A program made the translations under genes and the position numbers. From Macrostomum lignano (lineage: Eukaryota), in assembly GCA_002269645.1 (NCBI GenBank), contig NIVC01004015.1:315-64314 (forward strand): a stretch of 64,000 nucleotides of DNA, read 5' to 3'. How positions within the stretch are numbered: position 1 is the first letter of the stretch; each line of letters opens with the position of its first letter. Below the pieces are notes generated by a model. The model worked only from the letters and a program-made list of their open reading frames with translations, was not told the origin of the DNA and did no database searches. Below, piece by piece: positions 1-12,900 of the stretch.

Positions 1-83
1 CTCAGGTTGTGCAACAATCCACGTCTCAGCGAGCGCAATAATCTCTTTTTTAGACAGCGCAGTAATCAGCTTCTCAGCTAGTA

Positions 84-2457
84 ATAATGCTTGGTTTATT
101 AATAGCAATAATCCTTGATTAATCAAGTGCAATAATCCTTGGTTTATCAAGTGAATAATCCTTGGTTTATCAAGTGCAGTAATCTTTGGCTTATAAAGTG
201 CAATAATCCTTGGTTTATCAAGTGCAATAATCCTTTGTTTATCAAGTGCAATAATCCTTGGTTTATCAAGTGCAATAATCCTTGGTTTATTAAGTGCAAT
301 AATCCTTGGTTTATTAAGTGCAATAATCCTTGGTTTATCTAGCGCAGTAATCCTTGGCTTATCAGGTGCAATAATCCTTGGTTTATCAAGTGCAATATTT
401 GTTTATCAAGTGCAATAATCCTTGGTTTTCAAGTGAAATAATCCTTGGTTTATCAAGTGCAATAATCCTTGGCTTATCAACTGCAATAATCCTTGGTTTA
501 TCAAGCGCAGTAATCTTTGGCCTATCAAGTGCAATAATCCTTGGTTTATCAAGTGCAGTAATCCTTGGCCTATCAAGTGCAATAATCCTTGGTTTATCAA
601 GTGCAATAATCCTTGGTTTATCAAGTGTAATAATCCTTGGTTTATCAAGTGCAATAATCCTTGGCTTATCAACTGCAATAATCCTTGGTTTATCAAGTGC
701 AATAATCCTTGTTTATCAAGCGCAGTAATCCTTGGCCTATCAAGTGCAATAATCCTTGGCTTATCAAGTGCAATAATCCTTGGTTTATCAAGTGCAATAA
801 TCCTTGGTTTATCAAGTGCAGTAATCCTTGGCCTATCAAGTGCAATAATCCTTGGTTTGCCAAGAGCAATAATCCTTAGTTTATCGAGTGCAGTAATCCT
901 TAGTTTTCCAAGTGCAGTAATCCTTGGTTTATTAAGAGCAATAATCCTTGGCTTATCGAGTGCAGTAATCCTTGGTTTGCCAAGAGCAATAATCCTTGGT
1001 TTATCAAGTGCAATAATCCTTGGTTTATCAAGTGCAATAATCCTTGGTTTATCAAGTGCAATAATCCTTGGTTTATCAGATGCAATAATCCTTGGCTTAT
1101 CAACTGCAATAATCCTTGGTTTATCAAGTGCAATAATCCTTGGCTTATCAAGTGCAATAATCCTTGGTTTATCAAGTGCAATAATCCTTGGTTTATCAAG
1201 CGCAGTAATCTTTGGCCTATCAAGTGCAATAATCCTTTGTTTATCAAGTGCAATAATCCTTGGTTTATCAAGTGCAATAATCTTTGGTTTATCAGATGCA
1301 ATAATCCTTGGCTTATCAACTGCAATAATCATTGGTTTATCAAGTGCAATAATCCTTGGCTTATCAAGTGCAATAATCCTTGGTTTATCAAGTGCAATAA
1401 TCCTTGGTTTATCAAGCGCAGTAATTTTTGGCCTATCAAGTGCAATAATCCTTGGTTTATCAAGTGCAGTAATCCTTGGCCTATCAAGTGCAATAATCCT
1501 TGGTTTATCAAGTGCAATAGTCTTTGGTTTATCGAGTGCAGTAATCCTTAGTTTTCCAAGTGCAGTAATCCTTGGTTTATTAAGAGCAATAATCCTTGGT
1601 TTATCGAGTGGAGTAGTCCTTGGTTTATTAATATCAATAATCCTTGAATAATCCAGTGCATTAATCCTTGGCTTATCAAGTGCAACATTCTTTACTATCA
1701 AGTGCAATAATCCATGGCTTATCAAGTGCAATAATCCTTGGCTTATCAAGTGCAATAATCCTTGGTTTATCAAGTGCAATAATCCTTTGTTTATCAAGTG
1801 CAATAATCCTTTGTTTATCAAGTGCAATAATCCTTTGTTTATCAAGTGCAATAATCCTTGGTTTATCAAGCGCAGTAATCCTTGGCTTATCAAGTGCAAT
1901 AATCCTTGGTTTATCAAGTGCAATAATCCTTGGTTTATCAAGCGCAGTAATCTTTGGCCTATCAAGTGCAATAATCCTTGGTTTATCAAGTGCTGTAATC
2001 CTTGGCCTATCAAGTGCAATATTCCTTGGTTTATCAAGTGCAATAGTCCTTGGTTTATCGAGTGCAGTAATCCTTGGTTTTCCAAGTGCAATAATCCTTG
2101 GCTTCTTGAGTGCAGTAATCCTTGGTTTGCCAAGAGCAATAGTCCTTGGTTTATCGAGTGCAGTAATCCTTGGTTTTCCAAGTGCAATAATCCTTGGTTT
2201 ATTAATAGCAATAATCCTTGGCTTCTTGAGTGCAGTAATCCTTGGTTTGCCAAGAGCAATAGTCCTTGGTTTATCGAGTGCAGTAATCCTTGGTTTTCCA
2301 AGTGCAATAATCCTTGGCTTCCTGAGTGCAGTAATCCTTGGTTTGCCAAGAGCAATAGTCCTTGGTTTATCGAGTGCAGTAATCCTTGGTTTTCCAAGTG
2401 CAGTAATCCTTGGTTTATTAATAGCAATAATCCTTGGCTTATCGAGTGCAGTAATCT
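84..2457. repeat. 24-bp tandem satellite (consensus ATCAAGTGCAATAATCCTTGGTTT), roughly 100 units
   Basis: The unit is directly visible. The ORF-track proteins here are 8-aa repeats (LSSAIILG, FIKCNNPW, LLHLINQG, ALDKPRII), i.e. different frames of one 24-bp unit. Variant units cluster at about 850-1000, 1500-1660 and 2040-2457. Confidence 0.97.
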
Positions 2458-2523
2458 AAGTGTTTTTATTTAGTCCTTTAATAAAACCTTTTAATAAAAA
2501 ATTTTACACTACTACTTTTAAAC

Positions 2524-2588
2524 TACTTAGATTCGAACCTAGGTCGCTGCATTAGCAGTCTGGTCTGTTCAGCTCTAGGCTAGCTCTC
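2524..2588 (-). mobile_element. tRNA-derived SINE head or tRNA pseudogene fragment
   Basis: The minus strand reads GAGAGCTAGCCTAGAGCTGAACAGACCAGACTGCTAATGCAGCGACCTAGGTTCGAATCTAAG. It has an A-box-like TAGCCTAG, an anticodon-loop-like CTGCTAA and a B-box GGTTCGAATC. I could not fold a complete cloverleaf or acceptor stem. Confidence 0.5.
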
Positions 2589-3084
2589 ATCGAAGTTATC
2601 AGTGATGTTGTACCACTTATATAATTCAACACTCACACCAAGTCAGGTAGAGTAAAAAGTCACACGAAGCAGTTATGACATAATCAATTTCTTAGGCAAG
2701 TCAGTACCAGTGTCTATGAAAGTTTACAATATGGTTACGTAATATAAATTCAGTACTGCGCTATGCTTTCACACTCAAAGCTGTGACGCAATTCAATTGA
2801 GTGTCAAATTCAGCCAGTACACAGACGATAAATAAAGTGTATTGTGATGCAATCTATTTCAGAATCAGAATTCAACCAGTCAGTTTTTCTGCTAGCATTC
2901 TTACGATGCATTTCAAGTCGAAAGAGCTGCTTGACCTTTGCAAAAAAGCATGTTTTTCGAATATTTAATCCCTTTAGCATCAAGCAATTTCTTAGCCACG
3001 ATGCATGTACTGTCACGGGAAAATTTCTGATCGAACAGTGCAAGTTCGAAGAAAATCGGTTGAGCCGTTTTTGCTAAAATCGAT

Positions 3085-3112
3085 CACACACACACACATA
3101 CACACACACACA
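3085..3112. repeat. (CA)n microsatellite
   Basis: cacacacacacacatacacacacacaca. Confidence 0.95.
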
Positions 3113-4545
3113 TACCGACAGACCATTTTTAGTATATTGGAAGAAGAATACAGAAGACTTCTAAAGTTGATAGGTGAGGCCATAGACAGCACGCGAACAT
3201 CTGAACTGAGAGAAAAACAAGCTTGAAGTCTGACAATGTAGAGATGACGCACTGCTTTCGAGTGCAGCAACGACCTAGGTGCGGAGTGAGCGGAGTACCG
3301 TTTTGCGTTCGGCAATGCCCCATTGCGTTGCCACACGCATTTATGGTAAAAACAAAATCAAAATCGTTTGACAATGCAACAAGTCTGAGATGTGTTAACT
3401 CAAATTAACAGACTTTTTTCTACCCCAAATGCATTGATTTTGAAAGCAGCGCCAAAAATTCCGTTCGTGTCCCTAAACTACTGCTACTACTACTACTACT
3501 TACTACTACTTCTACTAAACTTTGAATTTGCTAGCAACGAGTAGTCGGCTTATGAACCTAAGAATAAGGAGTGATACATATTAGGTCTATGTAATCTGTG
3601 GTCTCAGTTGAGTTTTTTTTGGTCAAAAAGTTCCGTGCTGTCTATGGCCCAACCTGTCTTGGTTTGAAATCTAATCTCTTAGATTGTCTGTTTTCTAACT
3701 TGGTATATCAAAAGCAATGCCTAATTAGTTTAACGTATTTTTACTTAATTCTTCAATGGTTTAGCTTCATTATTTGTCTATGGCCAAAGTGTCAACTTGA
3801 TGGCGTCCCGGGGCACACATTTGGCATTTTGAACATAGACGAAAACGAAAACTGCGTGCGTTAAAAAAATTAAAAGACTTTATTAACCCTGTAATTCAGT
3901 TACTAATTTGTTTAAAATGATCAATTATTATTAGTGTTCTATAACTACGTTATGTACTTTCGTTGGATAACAATTGTTTATTCCAGGTTATTCAGTGTAA
4001 AATATTCATTTTTAACATGTCCTTGCTTTACATTGTTTGCTAATACAATTCTGTAACTTATTATTTTAGTACGGTACTGCAGGCTCATAAAAATGGTTCA
4101 TTTAAATTTTATGATCATTATAATAAATCATATTGGTTTGCTGCGTAATCCAATTAATTTTGATTAGCCGCCCCATTGTGTCACATATATTTGCAATGGA
4201 CATCTACATGCCTGTGCCTCAGTTTCACTTGCTAAAACAGTTGCTGCCTGTTAACTTGAAAAAATCGATATTGTGTAAAAGTGATTCATTTGGTTTATGT
4301 ATGTTTCTGTCAAAATCAATTTAAAATTTAAAAAATTGGGCAACGTAACCATTTTTGTCGCACTACTCACTGCAAACTACTAAAACTACTGCTGTCTTTC
4401 GACTAATAAAAAATTAAATTGACCAGCAGAATTTACTCACTTGTGGGCCGGCATTAACATATTTTAACTTCATTCTGACTGTCAATCTTTATTATTCATA
4501 CCTGTTGCGGGTTTTATTTTAGTTTATCTAAAAAAGTATAACCCC

Positions 4546-5007
4546 GGCAGTAGTTACCTACCCTCAGGCACTTCAGTTAGCAGCAGTTTCCCTACCCTCA
4601 GGCACTTCAGTTAGCAGCAGTTACCTACCCTCAGGCACTTCAGTTAGCAGCAGTTACCTACCCTCAGGCACTTCAGTTAGCAGCAGTTACCTACCCTCAG
4701 GCACTTCAGTTAGCAGCAGTTACCTACCCTCAGGCACTTCAGTTAGCGGCAGTTTCCCTACCCTCAGGCACTTCAGTTAGCGGCAGTTTCCCTACCCTCA
4801 GGCACTTCAGTTAGCAGCAGTTTACCTACCCTCAGGCACTTCAGTTAGGAGCAGTTACCCTACCCTCAGGCACTTCAGTTAGGAGCAGTTACCCTACCCT
4901 CAGGCACTTCAGTTAGCAGCAGTTACCTGCCCCCAGGCACTTCAGTTAGCAGCAGTTACCTGCCCCCAGGCACTTCAGTTAGCAGCAGTTACCTGCCCCC
5001 AGGCCCT
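4546..5007. repeat. 33/34-bp minisatellite (CAGCAGTTACCTACCCTCAGGCACTTCAGTTAG), about 14 units
   Basis: Directly visible tandem units; some carry one extra base (34 bp). It abuts the CCDC86 ORF. Confidence 0.95.
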
Positions 5008-5032
5008 TCAACCAGCACTGACATCTTGCGCA

Positions 5033-5395
5033 TTGCTGTCGTCAGTTCAGCCAGCAGACGTCAGCGAGGAGGCGGCACCGTTGCGAGGCCGGCCGAAGTC
5101 CGGCAAAGTGTGGAAATCCGTTCGCACTGAACGCTCCTCCTCGGCCAGATGCGACAAAGTGTTTCACACCAGCTGGTCAAAGAAGATGCAGTTGAAGCTG
5201 TCCCAGCAGGCAGCCAAAGCGATGGAGGCTGAGCTGCGAGCCAAGCGCAAAGAGGAGGCTGACGAACGGCGATCGCGCTTAGCTGCCAAGCGCAAACGAC
5301 GCGAAGAGAATGTTCGAAAAGCCGAGGTCACTTGCACTATTAAAAATCCGGCCAAGATTCGCAAGACTAGGAAGCGCTTGCTGAGAAAGGTGTGA
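5033..5395 (+). CDS. CCDC86: CCDC86/Cgr1-family nucleolar coiled-coil protein (start not resolved)
   Basis: [11 protein letters not shown]...TSWSKKM...[23 protein letters not shown] matches the conserved Cgr1 core (human KGKPKSGRVWK...TSWQRKM...[23 protein letters not shown], recalled from memory). The ORF-track start is TTG. The frame is open back to 4883 with no ATG. Confidence 0.88.
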   Translation: MLSSVQPADVSEEAAPLRGRPKSGKVWKSVRTERSSSARCDKVFHTSWSKKMQLKLSQQAAKAMEAELRAKRKEEADERRSRLAAKRKRREENVRKAEVTCTIKNPAKIRKTRKRLLRKV

Positions 5396-5419
5396 GATTG
5401 GCTTGGCTGACTTTGTTGT

Positions 5420-5767
5420 ACAGACAGTGACAGACAGACAGAGACAGACAGACAATGACAGACAGACAATGACAGACAGACAATGATAGACAGACAAAAT
5501 GACAGACAGTCAATGACAGACAGACAAAATGACAGACAGACAATGACAGACAGACAAAATGACAGACAGACAATGACAGACAGACAAAATGACAGACAGA
5601 CAATGACAGACAGACAAAATGACAGACAGACAATGATAGACAGACAAAATGACAGACAGACAATGACAGACAGACAAAATGACAGACAGACAGAGACAGA
5701 CAGACAATGACAGACAGACAAAATGACAGACAGACAAAATGACAGACAGACAAAGACAGACAGACAA
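5420..5767. repeat. Compound GACA microsatellite (GACAGACAGACAAT / GACAGACAGACAAAAT units)
   Basis: Directly visible. It explains the LSVCH/MTDRQ ORFs. Confidence 0.95.
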
Positions 5768-6085
5768 TAAGAGGCAGATATGCGGTGTCAGACAGGTTAG
5801 TGGCAGACAAGTTTAAAAAGGATGCCGACTGAAATCTGGCATTTGCGCATTATTAGCCTCTGCCTTAGCATTGGCGTTACTGGCGTCAAATAAATTGAGT
5901 CAGCTAAGCTATGATTCGCTTTAAAGCGCTTATGAGTTGGTAATTGGTCTCGCAGTATGAGCTAATGTTATTAAAAACTTTAGAAACTTTTTTGTATTAA
6001 ATTTTTTTTATTTAGTAGATTCATATATATCCTTTGAAGTAAGTCTTAATAATGGCTGCAGCACAATAATAAGCGATATATACTA

Positions 6086-7756
6086 CTATTTTGATTCGTC
6101 GTTCCGTTTGTCGCCGCCATTTGGTTTCCATTTTTGCCGGCAGGTCACGTGACCTCCTACTACTCGAAGCCCGACTTCGGGATCTTGTCGACCTGCTAGT
6201 CGTTGATCTTCCAGTCCAGTGACTAAGCGGACTTCCTCGCCGTCCGCGCAGCGTTGCTGCTGTTGTCCTTGGCAGTGAAGTTGCAGGTATCGTTCGAATT
6301 TCTGCTCCACAGATAGGCCAGAATGGAACAAATCTCTGGACATCAGATCTGTCCTGGGTGGCAGCGTTTCGTTTAGTTCGTCTCGCTCTTTCTGCTTCTG
6401 GAAGATGCGCTCCCGTCTGATGCGGCATTGCCGCTGTTGCTGCTGCTGTTTTTGCTCGAGCTCGTGACGGGACCGAGCGCAAGCCAGGTAGCGGATGTGG
6501 CGCCGCTGCTCAGAGAGCGTCGGCTTAGATGACGTCGAATGTTTTGGCGAATGCTTCTCCTGGCTTTGCTGTTGAGTTTTTTCACGCGAGCGCCTTCTGT
6601 TGCCTAGGACTCGAACCTGAATGCCAAAAGAGGAACAAATAGCGAAAATTATTTTTAGGCAGAATGTCAATCAAGTGCAAATTACTCCTGTGAGTTGTGG
6701 CAGCTGGGGGAGGGCACACTGCCGACTAGCTCTCAGTAAACCGTGGTCAGGCTTTCCTGCGAAAGGTCATGGACCTTCCACGATGATACCCTGCATCGTA
6801 TGCAGCCGAATTACTTTTTTGAGGCTCCAGAACGGAAATTGGCTTGACTGACTTCAATTAACCTTGTCGTTTTGATTTGCAGCGGGCCCAGAGGCCCCAG
6901 ACAGGCCCCTCTGTCTACTTTACTAAATAACCCCGGACCATTCTTCTCTTGCCAAAATGGTCGATTCAAGATTCAAGTCTGATTTTTCATTCTGTATCTT
7001 GGTAAAGAAATCTTTATCCATTCCAGTTTAAAGATACAATATACTCGTAAATTCATCAAACTGGTTCTTTAGAATTTTTTATCAGTGTCCTCTGTCAAAG
7101 CAATGACGGTAACCTTCAACATCCTTCGATGTCACTAATGTTGGCTTGACTTAAAATCGTACATGTTCCCATTCGTGTCCTACATAATTTATTATTTACC
7201 TATTTACACGTGCATTTCATTGTACTATTGTGACAAGAGCTCGAGGTTTTTTTCAACTTCTCATTTTAACAAGCAATTCTTAATTTCTGAGCTCTTTAGT
7301 GCTGTTATAGAGACGGGTTGGAGGATTTCTAGGCTCCGGATCACGTGATTAATGTGACCAGTTAACAGATATATGTGATTAAAATGTGTAAATTAGATGT
7401 CTAAGCAAGGTAATATTGAGCAGAGCGCATTGCTAGTACAGAATTATTGTTAAAACTTAAATCCCCGTAAATTCATATACATTTTTGTGGCTGAAATGTA
7501 AATGTGGGCAAACTTCGGCGAGCAACTTCCGTACTACCGCAGCAGCATAGCATGGTTATTGGTTGCTCACCTGACTCCTCCAGCTGCCTTTGCCACCAAT
7601 TAGTAGCACAGTCTCCTGCTGCTCCTGCGGCTGACTCTCCTCCAACGACGAGCTGATTCTTTGAGAAGTGGCGCCCGGCCCATCCGCATTGCCATCCCGT
7701 ATTGGCAGCTGGTATTGCTCGGGCATTGAGTGCGTTTTAGTGGCTGTGTTCGCCAT
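6086..7756 (-). CDS. Predicted two-exon protein of unknown function (~238 aa, Gln-rich, basic/charged)
   Basis: Exon 1 is 7756-7571 (ATG GCG AAC...AGT CAG|GTGAGC). Exon 2 is 6616-6086 (ttttggcattcag|GTT CGA...TAA). Both junctions are phase 0 and both exons are GC-richer than the flanks. No family recognised. Confidence 0.6.
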
Positions 7757-9985
7757 TCTCAAGGCGAATTGATGATGAACTGATCCGTTCTCGTACACTT
7801 ACACCCTGCTCAGCAAGTTTGAGTTTCTTACCAGTGCAAGCAACATTAGTGTAGTGCGGCTTTTATACACGTTTTCTGTCTGTTCGATTGAAAAAAAGCT
7901 ATATACCGCCGCCATCTCTCGCATCATCTTGCATCGCAGCTTCTTTGCCAACTTTAATGGCGCTCCCGTGATGCATTACTAACTGCACTTTATAGTCCGC
8001 GACACGCCTCATGGTTACATTCCCAGCCTCTTGAATGGCTGGGCTCTTAATCCCATTCCACTTTCTCTTTGTGCTACTCTTTTTATGTTCCCCCTTTTTC
8101 TCGCCATTTTTTACTTATGAATTTCTTTATGGCCTGGAGGTTTTTTTGCGAAGAGACAGGAAGTCATCCATTCCGTATTCCAGAAGCGCCCTCTACTCTT
8201 CTTTCTCATTTTTCTATACTATTTGTAACCAATTATATATAATCCCATGCTGGTTTTACTTCTGGTACGGTTAATCACGTCTGAAGAATTAGTTAGAATT
8301 TTGTAAAGTGTCTTTTAAAAAGTCATTTAGTTTTACTGAGGTTCCGACTGAAGACGCACCTACGCACAAGGTACCATTCTTAGACAACTGATAACAAATT
8401 ATTTTAACAGATCCAAACCGAATTTGCGAATTTGCGTTTTGTTCAGCTCTGAATAGGGTTTTACCATAGACCAAATCGATTGAAAAAAATCAGAGATAAA
8501 GACAACTTAAATGCATGGAATGTTGAAGAATTGTACAAGCGCTATCCATATGGTAAATCCTGCAGTAATTCTTTGAAAAGTGGACGTCTGTCTATTGGAA
8601 GAAGCTGAGCTGCAAAACCGATCATTTGTTTCATTGTTATTAGAGCAAAGCATAGTATCGCTTTTGGCGTTCTAAAAGAGATTGTGGCCAAGCAAAACTA
8701 GATAGACTCCATATCCTCTTCATACTAGCTCGGTTTCAGCACGAGCGATGTTAAAAAACATGGCATTAAGTACGCCCGTATAATCCATAGACTAAAATGA
8801 AGAATAAAAGACACGCAGCCTGTCGGTACGAGACTAAATGGAAAGTAACCGATTTTTTTTCGAAATCTCTAATAATTAAAGCATTAGCTATAGAATGAAT
8901 GATCGTTATTCTTTGCGTCGATCAGGATTTGACGGTCTTCTGTTGGAATCGGTGGAGCCATAATAGTTGTACAGTTTAAAGTTGAGGTGCAGCAGGTTGA
9001 AACAGAGAAATTTGTAAACTAGCTGAGGGATCGTTCTCGTATTGATAAGGCACTGCGTCTCATTTAGATTCTCCATTTAAAGTCTATGGCTTTTCGGGGC
9101 ATAGTCTATGGCATATAAGTAGTCTAATTGGATGTTGTCATACACTTTGGAATCTTTGTAAAATGACACCCTGAAGAAACAAAAAAGTTAACGGCGAATA
9201 GGATTGATATCCCAGGGACTTCTGCGATATAAGTATACCATAGCTCGCACATCAGGGACGATGAGCCAGTAAGTGCCATAGAAAAAATGCGAGCGACAGG
9301 CCTGCGATAGGTGAGCAGAAGTCCCTGATAGGCACGACTTAAAATTCTTTTTTAAGTTCTAGTTTTACCGAAATAATGCTTCATACTTCATGTTAATTAA
9401 AAATTACGTGAAAAAAAACCAGAAACTTTTTGCATGCCATAACTAAAGGCTAAAAATAGAATCTGCAGCTTGATAAAGTCTGAATATAAATATTTATATT
9501 TCTCAAGGATTATAATAAAATCTGATTTCTTTATAAACACACAGGGATAGAAGCAATAGACATAAAGAATATAGAGGCTTAACTTAAAAGAATATAAGTA
9601 ATCATTGCAGAGCTCAGAAAATAAGTTTCTCAGAAAAAATAGGCTTTTTATGAAAACTCAAAACTTTTAATTGAATTAATAAAACTTATGCAACCTTTTA
9701 TAAATAGTTTCTCTCTTTCAGTATTTCGATATAGCAAGTAAGACTATTTTTAATTACGTAGAATTAGAGTCGCTGAGGCAGTCCGATAGAAATCTATACC
9801 TAAGTACTTAAAAGTAGCCGGAAAAGGCACAGTTTAAACATAAAAATAAGAAAAAATAATATATATATTTGTGTCTTAAAAAGTTTTTCTCCAAAAGAAA
9901 AATTTCGTCCCTTTCTTATCAGCTCTGTGTTTTCCAACGTTTCTCTTCAGCAGCCTAGCTTATTCCATTAATCTGCATTGATATG

Positions 9986-12900
9986 TCAGTCTCCATTGTA
10001 CACGATTTTCTCTTGATTGGCTTTGATTGCTTTAGCCTGCTGCTCTTCTAGTCGAATTCCGGCCGTGCAGATGTAGAGTTCCAGCTCGTCCAGCTTCCCG
10101 TCCAGCACCATCAGATGCTGCTGTCCATCTGAGGTTTCTGCAGAGTTGGTTTATAATTTAGATGTAATTTAGATGTCTCACTTAAAATTGATAACAATAT
10201 AGTTGAGATGGTCGAATGATCAAACCAATCCGGGAACTGCTGTCTGCCAGGTTCTGGCTTGCGTTCTGGGCGTATTTTGTGAGCCTTTAGGAAATTCCTG
10301 AGTTAATTCCTAGCTTGATTATTTCAATTTTGTTGCCTTAGAACAGGGGTCAGCAAACTCAAGAGTCAAATAGAGAGTCTAACGCATTACTGCGGCTCAG
10401 AGGAGGGGAGAGAAGAGGAGAGACTGGAGAGAAGGGGGAAGAGAGAGATCTGAGAAGTGACACAAACATTGAACGGGCCGGATTGACTGTAAAGTTTCAA
10501 AGGACCCGAAGACCGGATAGAGAGGCTTTGCTGACCCAAGCCTTGGAAGAAAACTGTACGACATCATTGACAATCAGTATCCATATGAAATCTGTTAAGA
10601 TAAATAATCCCTACAATTAAGATCCCGGGATCATGTACATGTAGAGGTGTTCGTTGTCAATTTACCTTGCATATAGTTGAACCTGGTATCGATGTGATGC
10701 AGCTTATTGGCGGCCTCCTTGCAGCCAAACAGCGATCTTATACAGGAAACCGCATAGTCCACGATCTCATATTCGTTAGAGACGTTGGCCCAGTCGGCCT
10801 TGACAGCCGAGAAGCTCTCCAGGATGATGGTGAGGAAGAAGTTAATGAGGATGAAAGAGACGAACAACATGTAGAAGAAGAAGAATATCATGCCGAGGTT
10901 TCCACCGCCAACGATGAAGGTTGTGAAGTCGAATTTGTCTGCAAAATATTGTGGCGCATAATGAAGATACCGGAAAATATAGTGTACCTAATATACGCAT
11001 ATACATGTAGAGGCCAACTGTTCGCTACTATAATATATATTAAACAATATGCACATGCACATCTAGCATTTTTGTAGTGAATCTCCCATATGTGTCCTTC
11101 CACTGGTGCACATTGGCAGGAATGCTAATTCGAAGAGCCCCTGTCTCTCGGTGGGCGCCCTTCTTTTTTGGGCGCCCCTATCACTTGGTTAGCACCTCTT
11201 TCTCTCGGTGGGCGCCCCTTTCTCTTTGTGGGCACCCATGTCTCTTAGTAGGTGTCTCTGTCTCTCGGTGGGCGCCCTGTCTCTTGTTGGGCGCCTCTGT
11301 CTTTTTGGGGCAACCGCTAACTCTTGGTAGGCACCCCTGTCTCTCGGTGGGCGCCCCCTTCTCTTTGTGGGCACCCATGTCTCTTGGTAGGTGTCCCTGT
11401 CTCTTAATGGGCAATAAATTCCATCAAAATGCAATCTCTCGATACAATAAAATTCGTACTGGTGGTAAATATGCTTATAGTGCTTCTCTGTTTTCGCAAT
11501 ATGTTTGGCCTCGGTCAGTAAACACTAGACACTGATATATATATAAGAAATACCTATCATCCCTGACAATTCTTTTACTTAGATCTTAGGTTCCATTTAG
11601 GAGCTAGGAGCATTTCAATCAGTCCCGTGACGCATAAAACCTCATGTTTTTTATCGGTTGCCAATGCCCTATATGCGAGCTAGTTAAATCTCGTATTCTC
11701 GAACACATTTTCGGATTCGTCCTTTATAGTTCTTCCTTGATTTTCCTGCTGGGAGCATGCATGCCTTAAACGCATACCTGTTTGATATAAACAAGTTATA
11801 AAGCACCAACTCACTCAGAGTCATAACGCCCAACGTCTCCACAGTGGCAATCGGAGTCTTGAAGCTTTCCACATTGCAGAAGAACATTAAGTAACCCATC
11901 TGCACAAATGCAAAAAACATGATGCCAAACACGACGCCAAAGTGCAGCAGAGGCTTCACCGCCTTCTGCAGCACGCAGCCCAGCATGCGCATCTTTCGGT
12001 TGAACGTTAACAAGCGGAGGAATCTAATCGTGAAGATGAACACGATCAGGCCCATGAACAGCTGGTTCATCTGGAAATCAGTTGAAAAAAAGACAAGGAA
12101 AGTAGCTTCAGTTTCATTTCTATTGCTGTGCTGCGATGGCGTCTCCAATGAAATTTGCTATCAAACGAAAGATCACACTCACCTGCTGCCAAAGTATCAG
12201 CCACTGAAAGTTGACAAACTTATTCGGATACGTTCTGAGCAGGTACGAGACAGCCTTCTGGGCGACAATTCTCGTGGCAAACAGGCCGATTTCGGCGCAG
12301 CAGACAAGAAGCAAAACAAAATCCATGACGTTGAATGCGTCCTGTAAGTTTTTGTTGAAGTAGAATTACAGAAACGCATGCAGAGGCGCTGAACATATAC
12401 TGTAGGGAAGCAGAATGTTCCTACCTGAAAGTAGCTGCACTTTTTCTTATGCAACGCTCGGATTTCTTTCACCAAGAAAACAACAATGAAGATTAGCGAG
12501 ACAATGTCCAAGGCGAGGTACAGCATCCCGTTGGCGCCGACGTATCGATCCATTCGCAGCGTGAAAATCATCGGGTCGGGCAAGAATGAGCCACCGTTGT
12601 GGAACTCTAGCAGCAGCTCGCAGAATGTGAACAGATTGGTGTTTGGATTGTACAGAAGCATCTCAACGAATACGCCCCTCGTGTAAACGTCTAGCCAACC
12701 TTCTTTGGCCAGTTTCGTTACTTTTGACCGAGCTTCGTAACGATTGCGGCCTAGCGAGGCTACATAGCCGCCGCCTGAGTAAGTTGCGATGGTGCCGCCA
12801 ACCGGTGTGCCGTACATCTCCATAGCGTCGGTGTAGGTCCACTCGGGTTGGACTGGCGCTGGAATAGTACAGCTTGTATTCAGGTTTTTTTCGCTAAAAA

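Noticed and set aside
139-2473. Long ORFs (up to 673 aa) across the first satellite
   Set aside because: They are translations of a 24-bp unit that lacks stops in several frames on both strands; there is no non-repetitive coding flank or splice context.
6145-6154. GTCACGTGAC E-box palindrome and the nearby CGCCGCCATTT YY1-like motif
   Set aside because: They fall within the 3' coding end of the predicted minus-strand gene, and no downstream gene start is evident for them to regulate.
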